Assembly: GCA_034530615.2 (NCBI GenBank)
Contig: JAVRCV020000077.1
Coordinates: 1 to 38,175, forward strand
Length of the DNA stretch: 38,175 nucleotides
Reading direction: 5' to 3'
Source: Aulosira sp. ZfuVER01
GTDB taxonomy: Bacteria; Cyanobacteriota; Cyanobacteriia; Cyanobacteriales; Nostocaceae
Part shown: positions 26,474 to 36,246 of the stretch, one piece after another
Position numbering within the stretch: the first letter of the stretch is position 1
How the letters are laid out: each line of letters begins with the position of its first letter
Position numbers and translations under genes: made by a program
Notes under the pieces: generated by a model
Database searches by the model: none
The model's input: the letters and a program-made list of their open reading frames with translations, nothing else
What the model was told of the DNA's origin: nothing

Positions 26474-27325
26474 ATGATATTGCAACTAAATTTAGCTGCG
26501 GTTTTTGCCGTTGCTGGGCAAATAGCTTGGAAAAAAGCGAAGCCTGTACTTGTCAGGGATGTTGTCATACTTCCTGCTTTAGGCTTTTTGGCAATAATCT
26601 TACTGTGGTGGATCGTAGCACTTTTCAATCATGAATTAATGCCCACCCCCCCAGAAGCGCTAGTTGCTAATCTGGACTACATTTTAAATCCCTTCTATGA
26701 ACGAGGCCCAGGCAATTTAGGACTCGGTTGGTTATTGCTGGCTAGTTTACGAAGGGTATTGCTGGGATTTCTGTTAGGTGCAGTTGTAGCGATTCCCCTA
26801 GGCTTTCTGATTGGGATGTCAAAATCGGCAATGTTAGCCTTAAATCCCATCATCCAAATTTTTAAACCAGTATCGCCTTTAGCTTGGCTACCCATTTCTT
26901 TAGCTATCTTTAACTTGGCAGATCCTTCCGCGATTTTCGTCATTTTTATCACCTCCTTATGGCCGACAATTATCAACACTGCCTTAGGAGTTTCTAGCGT
27001 TCCCAAAGATTATTTAGACGTAGCCAGAGTATTAGAAATACCACGGTGGCGGCGCATTACCAAAATTATTTGGCCTGCAAGCTTACCCTATATTTTTACT
27101 GGATTGCGAATTAGTTTAGGCATAGCTTGGCTAGTAATCGTAGCTGTAGAAATGCTCACCGGCGGTATCGGTATTGGCTTTTTTGTTTGGGACGAATGGA
27201 GCCGTTTAAATCTGAGTTCAGTCTTTCTCGCCGTATTAGTAATTGGCTTGACTGGATTAATTCTTGATTACGCCGTCAGCAAAATTCAAGAATTAGTCAC
27301 CCATCGCCCCATAGTTACCAAATAA
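26474..27325 (+). CDS. NrtB/CmpB-family ABC permease
   Basis: SLRRVLLG, PVSPLAWLP, WPTIINTALGV and LPYIFTGLRISLGIAWLVIVAVEM. ATG 26474 follows GAGG. Confidence 0.92.
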   Translation: MILQLNLAAVFAVAGQIAWKKAKPVLVRDVVILPALGFLAIILLWWIVALFNHELMPTPPEALVANLDYILNPFYERGPGNLGLGWLLLASLRRVLLGFLLGAVVAIPLGFLIGMSKSAMLALNPIIQIFKPVSPLAWLPISLAIFNLADPSAIFVIFITSLWPTIINTALGVSSVPKDYLDVARVLEIPRWRRITKIIWPASLPYIFTGLRISLGIAWLVIVAVEMLTGGIGIGFFVWDEWSRLNLSSVFLAVLVIGLTGLILDYAVSKIQELVTHRPIVTK

Positions 27326-27380
27326 AAACATTTAGCTAATACCGAAAGACGCAATTTAACTTTGCGCCTTTGCGTGAGCT

Positions 27381-27470
27381 TATACCAATTCTCTAAAATT
27401 CGGCAACAGATTCAACTGAGAAACCAAGATTTAATCTGGCTTTCTGAATTACGAATTACGAATTGGCTTA
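27381..27470. repeat. Short MITE/STRR-like insertion inside the ABC operon
   Basis: Ends tataccaattc ... gaattggctta; (gaattac)n repeats inside. Confidence 0.45.
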
Positions 27471-27504
27471 TTTATCCCTATTAATCACCGCTGGAGCCAC
27501 ATAA

Positions 27505-28947
27505 ATGGCTAATAATAACTGGAATCGACGCGACTTTCTCTTAGGAATAGGAGCAACAACCGCCTCATTAGCCCTATCGTCCTGTGCCATCAAAGGAAAT
27601 ACTGGTGCTAAAGGACTAACAGAAGAAGCCTTAGCAATAGAACCAGTAGTTAGATCGCAAGACTTAGAAAAGCCCGATATTACTGTCGGCTACGTACCTG
27701 TAAATGATTGTGCCCCATTTGCGATCGCCTGGAAAAAAGGCCTCTTCCGCAAATACGGTTTGAACGTCCAACTCAACCGTGAAGCCAGTTGGGCAACCTC
27801 CCGCGACGGCTTGATATTTGGTCGCTTGGACGCTGCACCTGTCGTATCTGGTGCAGTCACCAACGCCAGAATTGGTGCGGAAGGCGCACGCCATGCCCCC
27901 TTATGCGCTGCCATGACGATTCACCGCCACGGTAACGCCATGACGATGAACAAAGCCATGTGGGATTTTGGGCTACGTCCTTGGTACGAATACCAAGAAA
28001 AATATGGCGATGGTGCTTTGGAAGCCTTTGGTAGAGATTTTCGCGGCTATTTTGACAAGCAAACCGCAGAAAACAAAGTTTGGGCAGTAGTCCTGAGTTC
28101 TTCCATATACGAATATTTTATCCGTTACATCTCTGCGGCGGCTGGTGTCGATCCTTTCAAAGAATTTCGCGTCATCATCGTACCACCACCTCAGATGGTA
28201 ACAAACGTGCGCATTGGCGCAATGCAAGCCTACATGGTTGCCGAACCTTGGAATACCAGAGCAATTACAGGTAACGAAGGCATCGGCTTTACCTTCGCCC
28301 AAGGTAAAGAAGTCTGGTTGGGGCACCCAGATAGACTATTGGGAGTGATGGAATCATTCATCGAACAATATCCCAAAACCTATCGTTCCTTAGTCAAGGC
28401 AATGATTGAAGCTTGCCAGTATTGCAGCAAACCAGAAAACCGCCAAGAAGTTGCCGAACTAATCACAGATAGGTCTTTTACTGGAGCAAAACCTAAAAAG
28501 AAAGGTGCTCCAATTACTAAGTTTACAGGACCAGCAATTCTTGGTAATTACAACTATGGTGGATTTGATGGTAAAGACCGCACCATAAAAGCAGCTGACA
28601 GCACCATTTTCTTCGATATTCCAGATAACGTTCCCAAACAACCAGGAGAACACTCGACATTTTTATGGAGATCTAGAAGTATTTGGTTGATGACTCAAGC
28701 AGCACGTTGGGGACAAATTCATCAATTTCCCAAAAATGCTGAAGAATTAGCTGCAAAAGGTTGGCGAGCAGACCTTTATCGAGAAATAGCCTCAGAAATG
28801 GGTATTAAATCTCCTCAAGATGATTACAAAGTAGAACCCCCAGAAGTATTTATCGATAAAAAAGGTTTTGACCCTAGCGATCCTGTGGGCTATTTAAATA
28901 GTTTTGAAATTCGGGCTAAAGCTCCCACTCGCTTTTTCATGTCTTAA
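27505..28947 (+). CDS. NrtA/CmpA-family ABC substrate-binding lipoprotein (Tat signal)
   Basis: RRDFL twin-arginine motif and LSSC lipobox; GYVPVNDCAP, PPPQMV, AEPWN and WLGHPDR. Confidence 0.92.
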   Translation: MANNNWNRRDFLLGIGATTASLALSSCAIKGNTGAKGLTEEALAIEPVVRSQDLEKPDITVGYVPVNDCAPFAIAWKKGLFRKYGLNVQLNREASWATSRDGLIFGRLDAAPVVSGAVTNARIGAEGARHAPLCAAMTIHRHGNAMTMNKAMWDFGLRPWYEYQEKYGDGALEAFGRDFRGYFDKQTAENKVWAVVLSSSIYEYFIRYISAAAGVDPFKEFRVIIVPPPQMVTNVRIGAMQAYMVAEPWNTRAITGNEGIGFTFAQGKEVWLGHPDRLLGVMESFIEQYPKTYRSLVKAMIEACQYCSKPENRQEVAELITDRSFTGAKPKKKGAPITKFTGPAILGNYNYGGFDGKDRTIKAADSTIFFDIPDNVPKQPGEHSTFLWRSRSIWLMTQAARWGQIHQFPKNAEELAAKGWRADLYREIASEMGIKSPQDDYKVEPPEVFIDKKGFDPSDPVGYLNSFEIRAKAPTRFFMS

Positions 28948-28992
28948 TTTTCCAGTCGCAATTATGACTAACGACTAAATTATCAGGAGAAT

Positions 28993-29835
28993 TTGATGAT
29001 GGAATATACCGCATTACCTATCAATACCCAGAACGAAGTTATGCCCGGCACAGGATTTCTCGAAATTGAAAATTTAGTCAAGTCTTATCCAACACCAGAT
29101 AAAGGAAAATTTGTAGTACTAGATGGCGTGAATCTCAGCATTGGTGAAGATGAATATATTTCTGTAATTGGTCACTCTGGTTGTGGTAAATCAACTTTGT
29201 TAAAAATAGTAGCGGGATTAGAAAAAGCTACTTCTGGATCGGTGCGCCTAGATGGTAAAGAAATTCGTCAGCCGGGCGCAGAAAGGATGATGGTATTTCA
29301 GAATTATTCGCTTTTACCTTGGTTAACAGTACGAGAAAATATCCGTTTGGCTGTAGATGAAGTGTTAAAAAATGCCAATCGCGCCGAAAAAATTAGCATT
29401 GTGAATGAACACTTAGCAATGGTAAACTTGACCGCGGCTGCTGATAAATATCCCGATGAAATTTCTGGGGGGATGAAACAGCGTGTTGGTATTGCTAGAG
29501 CGTTGGCAATTCGCCCCAAAATGTTGCTGATGGATGAACCTTTTGGGGCGCTAGATGCTTTAACTAGAGGTAAATTGCAGCGACAAGTATTGGATATTTG
29601 GGAAAACCATCGTCAAGCAGTAATGATGATTACTCACGATGTAGATGAGGCTATTTATATGTCAGATCGCATCATATTGATGACTAATGGCCCTGCGGCG
29701 ACAATTGGAGAAATATTAGAGGTGCCTTTTCCGCGTCCACGCGATCGCGCTGCTATGCGCAACTCAAAAGAATATTTTGAATTGCGCAACCACGCCCTGA
29801 ATTTTCTCGATCGCTATTTCGCGCAAGATGAGTAA
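28993..29835 (+). CDS. NrtD/CmpD-family ABC ATP-binding protein
   Basis: Walker A GHSGCGKST, signature ISGGMKQR and Walker B LLMDEPFGALD. Confidence 0.95.
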   Translation: MMMEYTALPINTQNEVMPGTGFLEIENLVKSYPTPDKGKFVVLDGVNLSIGEDEYISVIGHSGCGKSTLLKIVAGLEKATSGSVRLDGKEIRQPGAERMMVFQNYSLLPWLTVRENIRLAVDEVLKNANRAEKISIVNEHLAMVNLTAAADKYPDEISGGMKQRVGIARALAIRPKMLLMDEPFGALDALTRGKLQRQVLDIWENHRQAVMMITHDVDEAIYMSDRIILMTNGPAATIGEILEVPFPRPRDRAAMRNSKEYFELRNHALNFLDRYFAQDE

Positions 29836-29857
29836 TTTAGATTATCATGCTTTTAGT

Positions 29858-29986
29858 GGGTAGCCTAATTCAAATTCGTCAAATTCTGAATTTGAAGCGG
29901 AGGAACCAATGTTTGGGGCTAATCTTTATGAGAGACACCTTCCAGTCTTAGCCCGTCAGCTAACTCCGTCGGCAGTGGAAGGAACC
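29858..29986 (+). ncRNA. c-di-AMP riboswitch (ydaO/yuaA class), copy 2
   Basis: GCGGAGGAACCAATGTTTGGGGCTAATCT ... CCTTCCA..GCCCGTCAGCTAACTCCGTCGGCAGTGGAAGG, upstream of the USP gene. Confidence 0.88.
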
Positions 29987-30172
29987 GCCAAAAACTTTGG
30001 CTTTCATACCAGTTGTTATTGGGGTTTCTTTTACCGATTTTAGTGATTAGTCATTAGTTATTGGTCATTGGTCAAAATTTATGCACAAATGACGGAAGAC
30101 AAATGACAAAAGACAAAGTTGGTTACCCTACTTCTCAGTAGTCATTTTTTTTCATGGGAGAGAAGTTAAGCT

Positions 30173-30832
30173 GTGAAAATCAAGCCAATGTTAGTGCGCC
30201 TACAAAGCACCATCGGTCGAGATGACTTAATTGAGCAAATGGTATTGCTACCAGAGCCAAAAAAAAACTTTTGTAAAAAAGATTCTACAGCAAAACCAGT
30301 TAACTTAATTGTCGCTTATGATGCATCTCCCAAGAGCCATACTGCGCTAGATATAGCCTTCTGGATTGCTCACCAAACGCGCTTAGCTACCAATACACAA
30401 GTAACAGTTCAAGCCGTTTATGTGGTTACAGATAAGCATAAGAGTCAGTATTCAGATATCTTTAGCTTTACCAGACATATCACTCCCTTAGAATGTCCCA
30501 CAAGCAATGTATCTAAATCTGTCACACCCGTTTTAACTCAACCAAAACTCCAAGCGATTGCACCACATTTAAAAGAAAAATCCATAGCTGTTCTGCAACA
30601 AGCAGACCAAATTCTTTGGCAAGCACGTAGTCTGGCTGAAGAATGGCAAGGTTCTTTTAAATCTCATTTACGATTTGGTGCTATTGGTGCAGAACTTAAA
30701 AAAGTTGTGGAATTAGAAGCTGCCGATATCCTATTTATAGGTTGTCGATCTGTTAATCATCCTATTATCAAAGCACTAGGTTCCGATTTTCCTTGTGCTG
30801 TGTTAGGTATACCTAGTTGTATTGAAGAATAA
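30173..30832 (+). CDS. Universal stress protein (USP)-like protein
   Basis: LIVAYDASPKSHTALDIA, VQAVYVV and LRFG...LKKVVELEAADILFIG. Confidence 0.82.
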   Translation: MKIKPMLVRLQSTIGRDDLIEQMVLLPEPKKNFCKKDSTAKPVNLIVAYDASPKSHTALDIAFWIAHQTRLATNTQVTVQAVYVVTDKHKSQYSDIFSFTRHITPLECPTSNVSKSVTPVLTQPKLQAIAPHLKEKSIAVLQQADQILWQARSLAEEWQGSFKSHLRFGAIGAELKKVVELEAADILFIGCRSVNHPIIKALGSDFPCAVLGIPSCIEE

Positions 30833-31062
30833 ATTCGGTAACGAGTTCAGTCACTCTTCATTGAATTAAGATTCCTCGGATTCCTGTTTGATTTCTAAAT
30901 ATACTCAACATATCTCTAGTTCCCTTTCTGTTTCTCGTTTTGTATTCACTGGCTTTTTGAGTATTTTCATGAATTAAATTGGAGTCCTATATCAATAAGT
31001 CACCTATATTTAGGTGGCTTTTTTCAGTAATACCTAATCGATTAAACTTTGAGAGCAATAGC

Positions 31063-32400
31063 GTGGAAAATTGGCAAGCGATCCTGAGCGTCATGACTTT
31101 TATAACTGTCATTATCTTAATAATGACAGAATGGGTACATCTCACTATTGCTGCTTTATTAGGCGCATTATTACTAGTTTTTAGCAACGTTATGACTTTA
31201 GAAGAAGCCGTTGGTTACATCGGTAATAGTCATGGCACACTAGGTTTATTCTTCGGAGTTATGGTACTGGTAAGGGCATTTGAGCCTACCAAAATATTTG
31301 ATTACCTAGCCACACAAATGGTGCTATTGGCCAGAGGTCAAGGTAAGCGTCTCCTACTTGGTATTGTTGCTATTACTACCCCAATTTGTGCAGTTTTACC
31401 AAATGCTACAACAGTGATGTTATTAGCACCTTTAATTCCGCCAATGGCAGAAGAAATAGGCATCAATTTTGTACCTTTATTAATTTTAATGGTATTTATT
31501 GCTAATAGTGCGGGATTACTCACATTAGTTGGAGATCCTGCTACCTTTATTGTTGGTGATGCAATTAATATCAGTTTTATAGATTATTTGTTGCGCTTGA
31601 GTTTAGGTGGAGTAATTGCCGTTGCTACAGTGACAGCCACTTTACCTTTTTTATTTCGTAAAATTTGGAATACTAAACTAGAAAATCTTGAACAACTGCC
31701 ACATCCACAAATTAATCATCCACGTGTTCTAGCAGTTGGTGCAGTAATTATAGCTTTTGTACTATTATTTTTTGTGATTGGCGAATCTCTACCAGTTCCG
31801 ATATCACCTGCTGCTGTTGCTTTACTAGGAGCAGCCCTAGCTTTACTTTTATCTAACCAGAGCAAAATCGATTCAGTTCACAACATATTAAGGGATGTTG
31901 ACTGGAGTACATTAATATTCTTTATGAGTATTTTTGTGCTGATTGGTGGACTAGAAAAAACAGGGGTAATCAACGGCTTATCCGGGATATTAGCAATAAT
32001 ATTAGGAAAAAATATTGTCTTGGGTTCGCTATTTTTATTATTTTTTGTAGTGATATTATCTAGCGTTGTTCCTAATATTCCATTAGTAGTGGCGATGGTT
32101 CCCTTACTCAAACAATACCTTGTCAACGTCGGATTAGCACCAGCCGTAGTTCTAGCATCAGATTTTCAAGGGCAATTTCCTCCAGAAGTGTTACCACTGT
32201 TTTACGCCATGATGTTTGGTGCAACGTTGGGTGGTAACGGCACACTAGTAGGAGCATCTTCTAACATCGTCGCCGCCGGAATTTCTGAGCAGCATGGACG
32301 CCAGATCTCTTTTAGAACATTTCTACACTACGGGATACCAGTAATGCTACTACAACTAATCGCTGCGGCTTTGTATGTGTTGTTTCGCTTTCTAATCTAA
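31063..32400 (+). CDS. ArsB/NhaD/CitMHS (IT superfamily) permease
   Basis: LPNATTV, ANSAGLLTLVGDP, VDWSTLIFF, VPNIP and LGGNGTLVGASSN. GTG 31063 is the likely start (ORF track gives 30979). Confidence 0.9.
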   Translation: MENWQAILSVMTFITVIILIMTEWVHLTIAALLGALLLVFSNVMTLEEAVGYIGNSHGTLGLFFGVMVLVRAFEPTKIFDYLATQMVLLARGQGKRLLLGIVAITTPICAVLPNATTVMLLAPLIPPMAEEIGINFVPLLILMVFIANSAGLLTLVGDPATFIVGDAINISFIDYLLRLSLGGVIAVATVTATLPFLFRKIWNTKLENLEQLPHPQINHPRVLAVGAVIIAFVLLFFVIGESLPVPISPAAVALLGAALALLLSNQSKIDSVHNILRDVDWSTLIFFMSIFVLIGGLEKTGVINGLSGILAIILGKNIVLGSLFLLFFVVILSSVVPNIPLVVAMVPLLKQYLVNVGLAPAVVLASDFQGQFPPEVLPLFYAMMFGATLGGNGTLVGASSNIVAAGISEQHGRQISFRTFLHYGIPVMLLQLIAAALYVLFRFLI

Positions 32401-32628
32401 GTAGGTGAGAGGTTGAAATTCTTAAAACCCTCTTCTAAAGCAGAATTTTTTTAACTATTACTTAATATTTACAAATATAAACTTGTATACAGATGCATCT
32501 CTTCCGTAGGGAGGATGTATTTGCTTGTTGTATTCAAAGATCCTACCCTACGGAGAGATTTTTGTTCTCTCGATCTGGTAAAACAACTATAAGTACAACT
32601 AATTACAACTTAACAAAGGATTAAACCC

Positions 32629-33237
32629 ATGAACCCGCCTGAAGAATACATCAATAATAACTTGAGAGAACCAGGGCAAGGGGGGTCAATGCAAGAGCTA
32701 AACAAATCACAATTCAATGGTGCGAATCTTAGCGAACTTAACAGTTTAGATAGAGTCAGAGATATTCTTTTCGGCAACCAAGTACGAGAAGTTGAAAAAA
32801 GATTTGCACGCTTAGAAGAACGTCTAGTTAAAGAATTAACTAACGTGCGAGATGAGACAAAAAAACGTTTAGATTATTTAGAAACATATATCAAGAAAGA
32901 AGTTGATTCTTTAACAGAACGTTTAAAAAATGAGCAGTTAGAAAGAGATGCAGGTGTAAAAGCACTTGCTGAGGAGCATAAAAATCTCGCTAGTTCTTTA
33001 GACAAAAAATTTGCTCAATTTGATGAACAAACTGCGAATAGCCAGCGGGAACTGCGCGAACACCTCCTCAACCAATCTAATAGTCTCCAGGATGATATTA
33101 GAAAAAAATATGAAGAAATCCTGAGTTTGCTGGAACAGGAATCTCAAGAACTGCGCAGAGAAAAAACTGACCGTTCCAAGTTGGCATCTCTGTTTACAGA
33201 ACTAGCTATCAGGCTAAACTCGGATACCAATGTTTAG
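32629..33237 (+). CDS. Coiled-coil hypothetical protein (first gene of the GTPase operon)
   Basis: LDRVRDILFG.Q.RE.E.RF..LE followed by a long heptad helix and KTDRSKLASLFTELA. Confidence 0.85.
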   Translation: MNPPEEYINNNLREPGQGGSMQELNKSQFNGANLSELNSLDRVRDILFGNQVREVEKRFARLEERLVKELTNVRDETKKRLDYLETYIKKEVDSLTERLKNEQLERDAGVKALAEEHKNLASSLDKKFAQFDEQTANSQRELREHLLNQSNSLQDDIRKKYEEILSLLEQESQELRREKTDRSKLASLFTELAIRLNSDTNV

Positions 33238-33426
33238 TTAAAGCAAGGAGTTAGAGGTTTTCTCCTCTCTCCTTGCTAAATTTTCAGTTTTGCATACATA
33301 GATATAACTTTATAAATTAAAAATTTCAAAAATTAAACTGCTTGATGGCAAATGTTATAGTTGCTAAATGTCTAAAATTAAAAATGTAAAACTTGAGTAT
33401 AAATTTTAAAGCGGGGGATTTTCACA

Positions 33427-35295
33427 ATGAGTAACAAATCCACGAATGAAGTATCTAAAGAATCCCCTAAATTGCAAAGTAATGGTAGCCAAACCAGCAT
33501 TACGGTAAGTCCTGCGAGTATGGGAGAAACCCAGCGCTTAATGCAGTCGCCTAAATTGGAAAACACTCCCGTATCTCCAGAACTTCAGATCAAAACCCGT
33601 GATGAATTAAGTACACTTCGCAGTTTACTCCTTGGTGTTGAGCCGACTAAACTTAACAAACTCTATGAACGATTAGATAACCCCCAAATTCAAGCAGAAG
33701 ATATTGGACGCCTGCTTCCAGAAGCTGTGGTATTGCGATCAAAGCTAGATAAACAATTGGCTGAAGCAATAGTATCTACTGTCGAAACAGCAATTCATTC
33801 CTCAATCAAACAAGATCACAATATACTTTCAGAGACCTTTTTTCCCATCATTGGGCCAGCCACTCGCAAGGCTATTTCCACAGCACTGGAAGAGATGATG
33901 CAATCTCTCAATCAAACTCTAGAACATAGCTTGTCACCACAGAGTTTGCAGTGGCGGTTAGAAGCAAAAAGAACAGGTAAATCGCTGGCAGAAATTATCC
34001 TGCTGCGGACGCTGCTTTACCGAGTAGAACAAGTATTTTTGATTCATAAACAAACTGGATTATTGCTGCAACATCTCGTCGCGCCTAGGGTAATAATTCA
34101 AGATCCGGATTTAGTATCAGCGATGTTGACAGCTATCCAGGATTTTGTGAAAGACTCTTTCAATGTGGAAAAAACTGAAGGACTGCACAGTTTACAGTTT
34201 GGAGAACTTACCATTTGGGTGGAAGAAGGCCCACAAGCTGTACTAGCAGCGATAATTCGGGGAAACCCGCCTCAAGAATTAAGGTCAATTCTGCAAGATG
34301 CGATCGCCAAAATTCACTTAAAGCTAAGTAGCGAAATTAACGATTTTACTGGAGATACAGAACCATTTACAGCCAGTAAACCTTATTTAGAAGCTTGTTT
34401 AGTTGATGGCTATAAATCCGCACCTAAGAAAAATTATACTTATGCGTGGGGTTTATTAGGTACAATAGCGATCGCTTGTGGGATTTGGGGCTTTTTCACG
34501 CTCAGAGACCAATTCCGTTGGCATTCCTATATTCAAAAACTTGAATCTCAACCAGGAATCGTTGTGGTTAATACTAAGCAACACCAGGGTAAATATCTAA
34601 TTTCCGGAATGCGCGATCCTTTAGCAGTAGACCCCAAAGCACTTATACAGCAAGCAAATCTCGATCCTCAAAAGGTAATTAGTCAGTGGCGAGCTTACAT
34701 ATCATTAGATCCGCAATTGCTTACCATAAGATCTGAGAAACTATTGCTACCACCAAAAACAGTATTATTAAAAGTTGACAATAATGGCATTCTCAATGCT
34801 AGTGGTTCTGCACCACGCCAATGGATTTTAGAAACACGAAAATTATGGCATTTTATTCCAGGGGTAACTCAATTTAATGACAAAAATCTTCAAGAAATCG
34901 AACTCAGCCAACTAGAGCTATATAAACAGCAAATTGAACAAGAAACACTATTCTTTTCAGAAGGAACAACAGAGTTAATGACAGGTGAAGCTGATAAACT
35001 CCCTAATCTAGTGAGCAAAATAAATCAGCTTTTAGATACTGCCAAATATCTTGGTAAAGATATCCGTCTGCAAATTACAGGACACACTAGTACTACTGGA
35101 ACTGAACAAAGAAACAATTTTCTGAGCCAAGCTCGCGCTAATAAAATTTTATCTTATCTGACTTCCCAAGGAATCAACACCAGCAAATTCAATGCTATAG
35201 GTGTAAGTTCTAACTCATCTTTACTACTAGAATTGGCACAAGAAGCTAACCGCAAAGTATCCTTCAAAATATTCATAGACAACACTGCTAAATGA
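33427..35295 (+). CDS. Bitopic membrane protein: cytoplasmic helical and roadblock/longin-like region, TM, BON-like segments, OmpA/MotB-like C-terminal domain
   Basis: TM AWGLLGTIAIACGIWGFF; OmpA motifs ITGHTS..G....N..LSQARA and NRKVSF. Confidence 0.85.
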   Translation: MSNKSTNEVSKESPKLQSNGSQTSITVSPASMGETQRLMQSPKLENTPVSPELQIKTRDELSTLRSLLLGVEPTKLNKLYERLDNPQIQAEDIGRLLPEAVVLRSKLDKQLAEAIVSTVETAIHSSIKQDHNILSETFFPIIGPATRKAISTALEEMMQSLNQTLEHSLSPQSLQWRLEAKRTGKSLAEIILLRTLLYRVEQVFLIHKQTGLLLQHLVAPRVIIQDPDLVSAMLTAIQDFVKDSFNVEKTEGLHSLQFGELTIWVEEGPQAVLAAIIRGNPPQELRSILQDAIAKIHLKLSSEINDFTGDTEPFTASKPYLEACLVDGYKSAPKKNYTYAWGLLGTIAIACGIWGFFTLRDQFRWHSYIQKLESQPGIVVVNTKQHQGKYLISGMRDPLAVDPKALIQQANLDPQKVISQWRAYISLDPQLLTIRSEKLLLPPKTVLLKVDNNGILNASGSAPRQWILETRKLWHFIPGVTQFNDKNLQEIELSQLELYKQQIEQETLFFSEGTTELMTGEADKLPNLVSKINQLLDTAKYLGKDIRLQITGHTSTTGTEQRNNFLSQARANKILSYLTSQGINTSKFNAIGVSSNSSLLLELAQEANRKVSFKIFIDNTAK

Positions 35296-35310
35296 AGTAA
35301 TTATCAATTT

Positions 35311-35808
35311 ATGCTCCAGAAAAAAATATGTATGGTAGGTGCATTTGCTACAGGTAAAACAAGTTTAGTGGCAAGATTTGTCAATAGCATTTTTTCGGAA
35401 AATTACCATACTACTGTAGGCGTAAAAATTGATAAAAAAACAGTAATAATTCAAGAAAAAACAATTAATTTAATTCTTTGGGATCTCTATGGAGAAGATG
35501 AATTTCAAAAAGTGCGTATGTCTTATTTACGAGGATCATCTGGATATTTATTAGTAGTAGATGGCACTCGTAAAAATACTCTCGAAAAAGCCTTTGATTT
35601 GCAAACAAGAGTAGAAGAGGCTATTGGTAAAGTCCCCTTTATTATAATACTGAACAAATCAGATTTGACATACGAATGGGAGATTGATCCTATAGAAATC
35701 GACGCAATTAAGCAGAAGAATTGGACTGTGATTAAAACCAGTGCTAAAACTGGCCTGGGTGTAGCAGAAGTTTTTCAAACTCTTGCTGAGAAAATAATGG
35801 ATGGATAA
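35311..35808 (+). CDS. Stand-alone Ras-superfamily (Rab-like, Rup-type) small GTPase
   Basis: G1 GAFATGKTS, G2 TTVGV, G3 WDLYG, G4 NKSD and G5 SAK; no C-terminal lipidation motif. Confidence 0.93.
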   Translation: MLQKKICMVGAFATGKTSLVARFVNSIFSENYHTTVGVKIDKKTVIIQEKTINLILWDLYGEDEFQKVRMSYLRGSSGYLLVVDGTRKNTLEKAFDLQTRVEEAIGKVPFIIILNKSDLTYEWEIDPIEIDAIKQKNWTVIKTSAKTGLGVAEVFQTLAEKIMDG

Positions 35809-36210
35809 ATGCTAGATGTTCCCAGTGCCGTTATTGCTTATTTGTTGACTTTTATTTTAGAAGAACGCTCACTCGCCTATCTTTTAGTCAAAAAAGATGG
35901 CTGCTTGTCTGCTTGGGGAGGAAAAATGGCTGCATACGGAGTTACTAACCTGAAAAAAGGAGAAAATATCAAAGAACAGGTTTTTTTTCTAGAAGGTCTA
36001 CTGCCATTAGACGATTTTCCTATATTTCTACCACGAATTAAAACTGAATACGGGATTTGTGCAGATCTTCATCTCTTTCCTTCAGAAGAAGGTGATTGGA
36101 TATTACTTCTAGATGCAACATGGGATGAGCAACATTGCGCACTTATTCAACAACAGTCGAATGAACTTAGCTTGTTGCAAGAAAAATCAACTAAAGTTTT
36201 AAAGCAGTAG
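35809..36210 (+). CDS. Small hypothetical protein (possible PAS-like fold), adjacent to the GTPase gene
   Basis: ATG immediately follows the GTPase TAA. The pattern AYLLV..DG.L..WGG ... ADLHLF...WILLLDAT is followed by a short coiled coil. Confidence 0.75.
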   Translation: MLDVPSAVIAYLLTFILEERSLAYLLVKKDGCLSAWGGKMAAYGVTNLKKGENIKEQVFFLEGLLPLDDFPIFLPRIKTEYGICADLHLFPSEEGDWILLLDATWDEQHCALIQQQSNELSLLQEKSTKVLKQ

Positions 36211-36246
36211 TTTACACAAAACACTAGTTTATGGTGCTATAAACTC

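Noticed and set aside
26474..29835. Assigning nrtABD or cmpABD gene symbols
   Set aside because: Gene order, the missing C subunit, the absence of nirA/narB and riboswitch control all argue for a paralogous system of unknown substrate.
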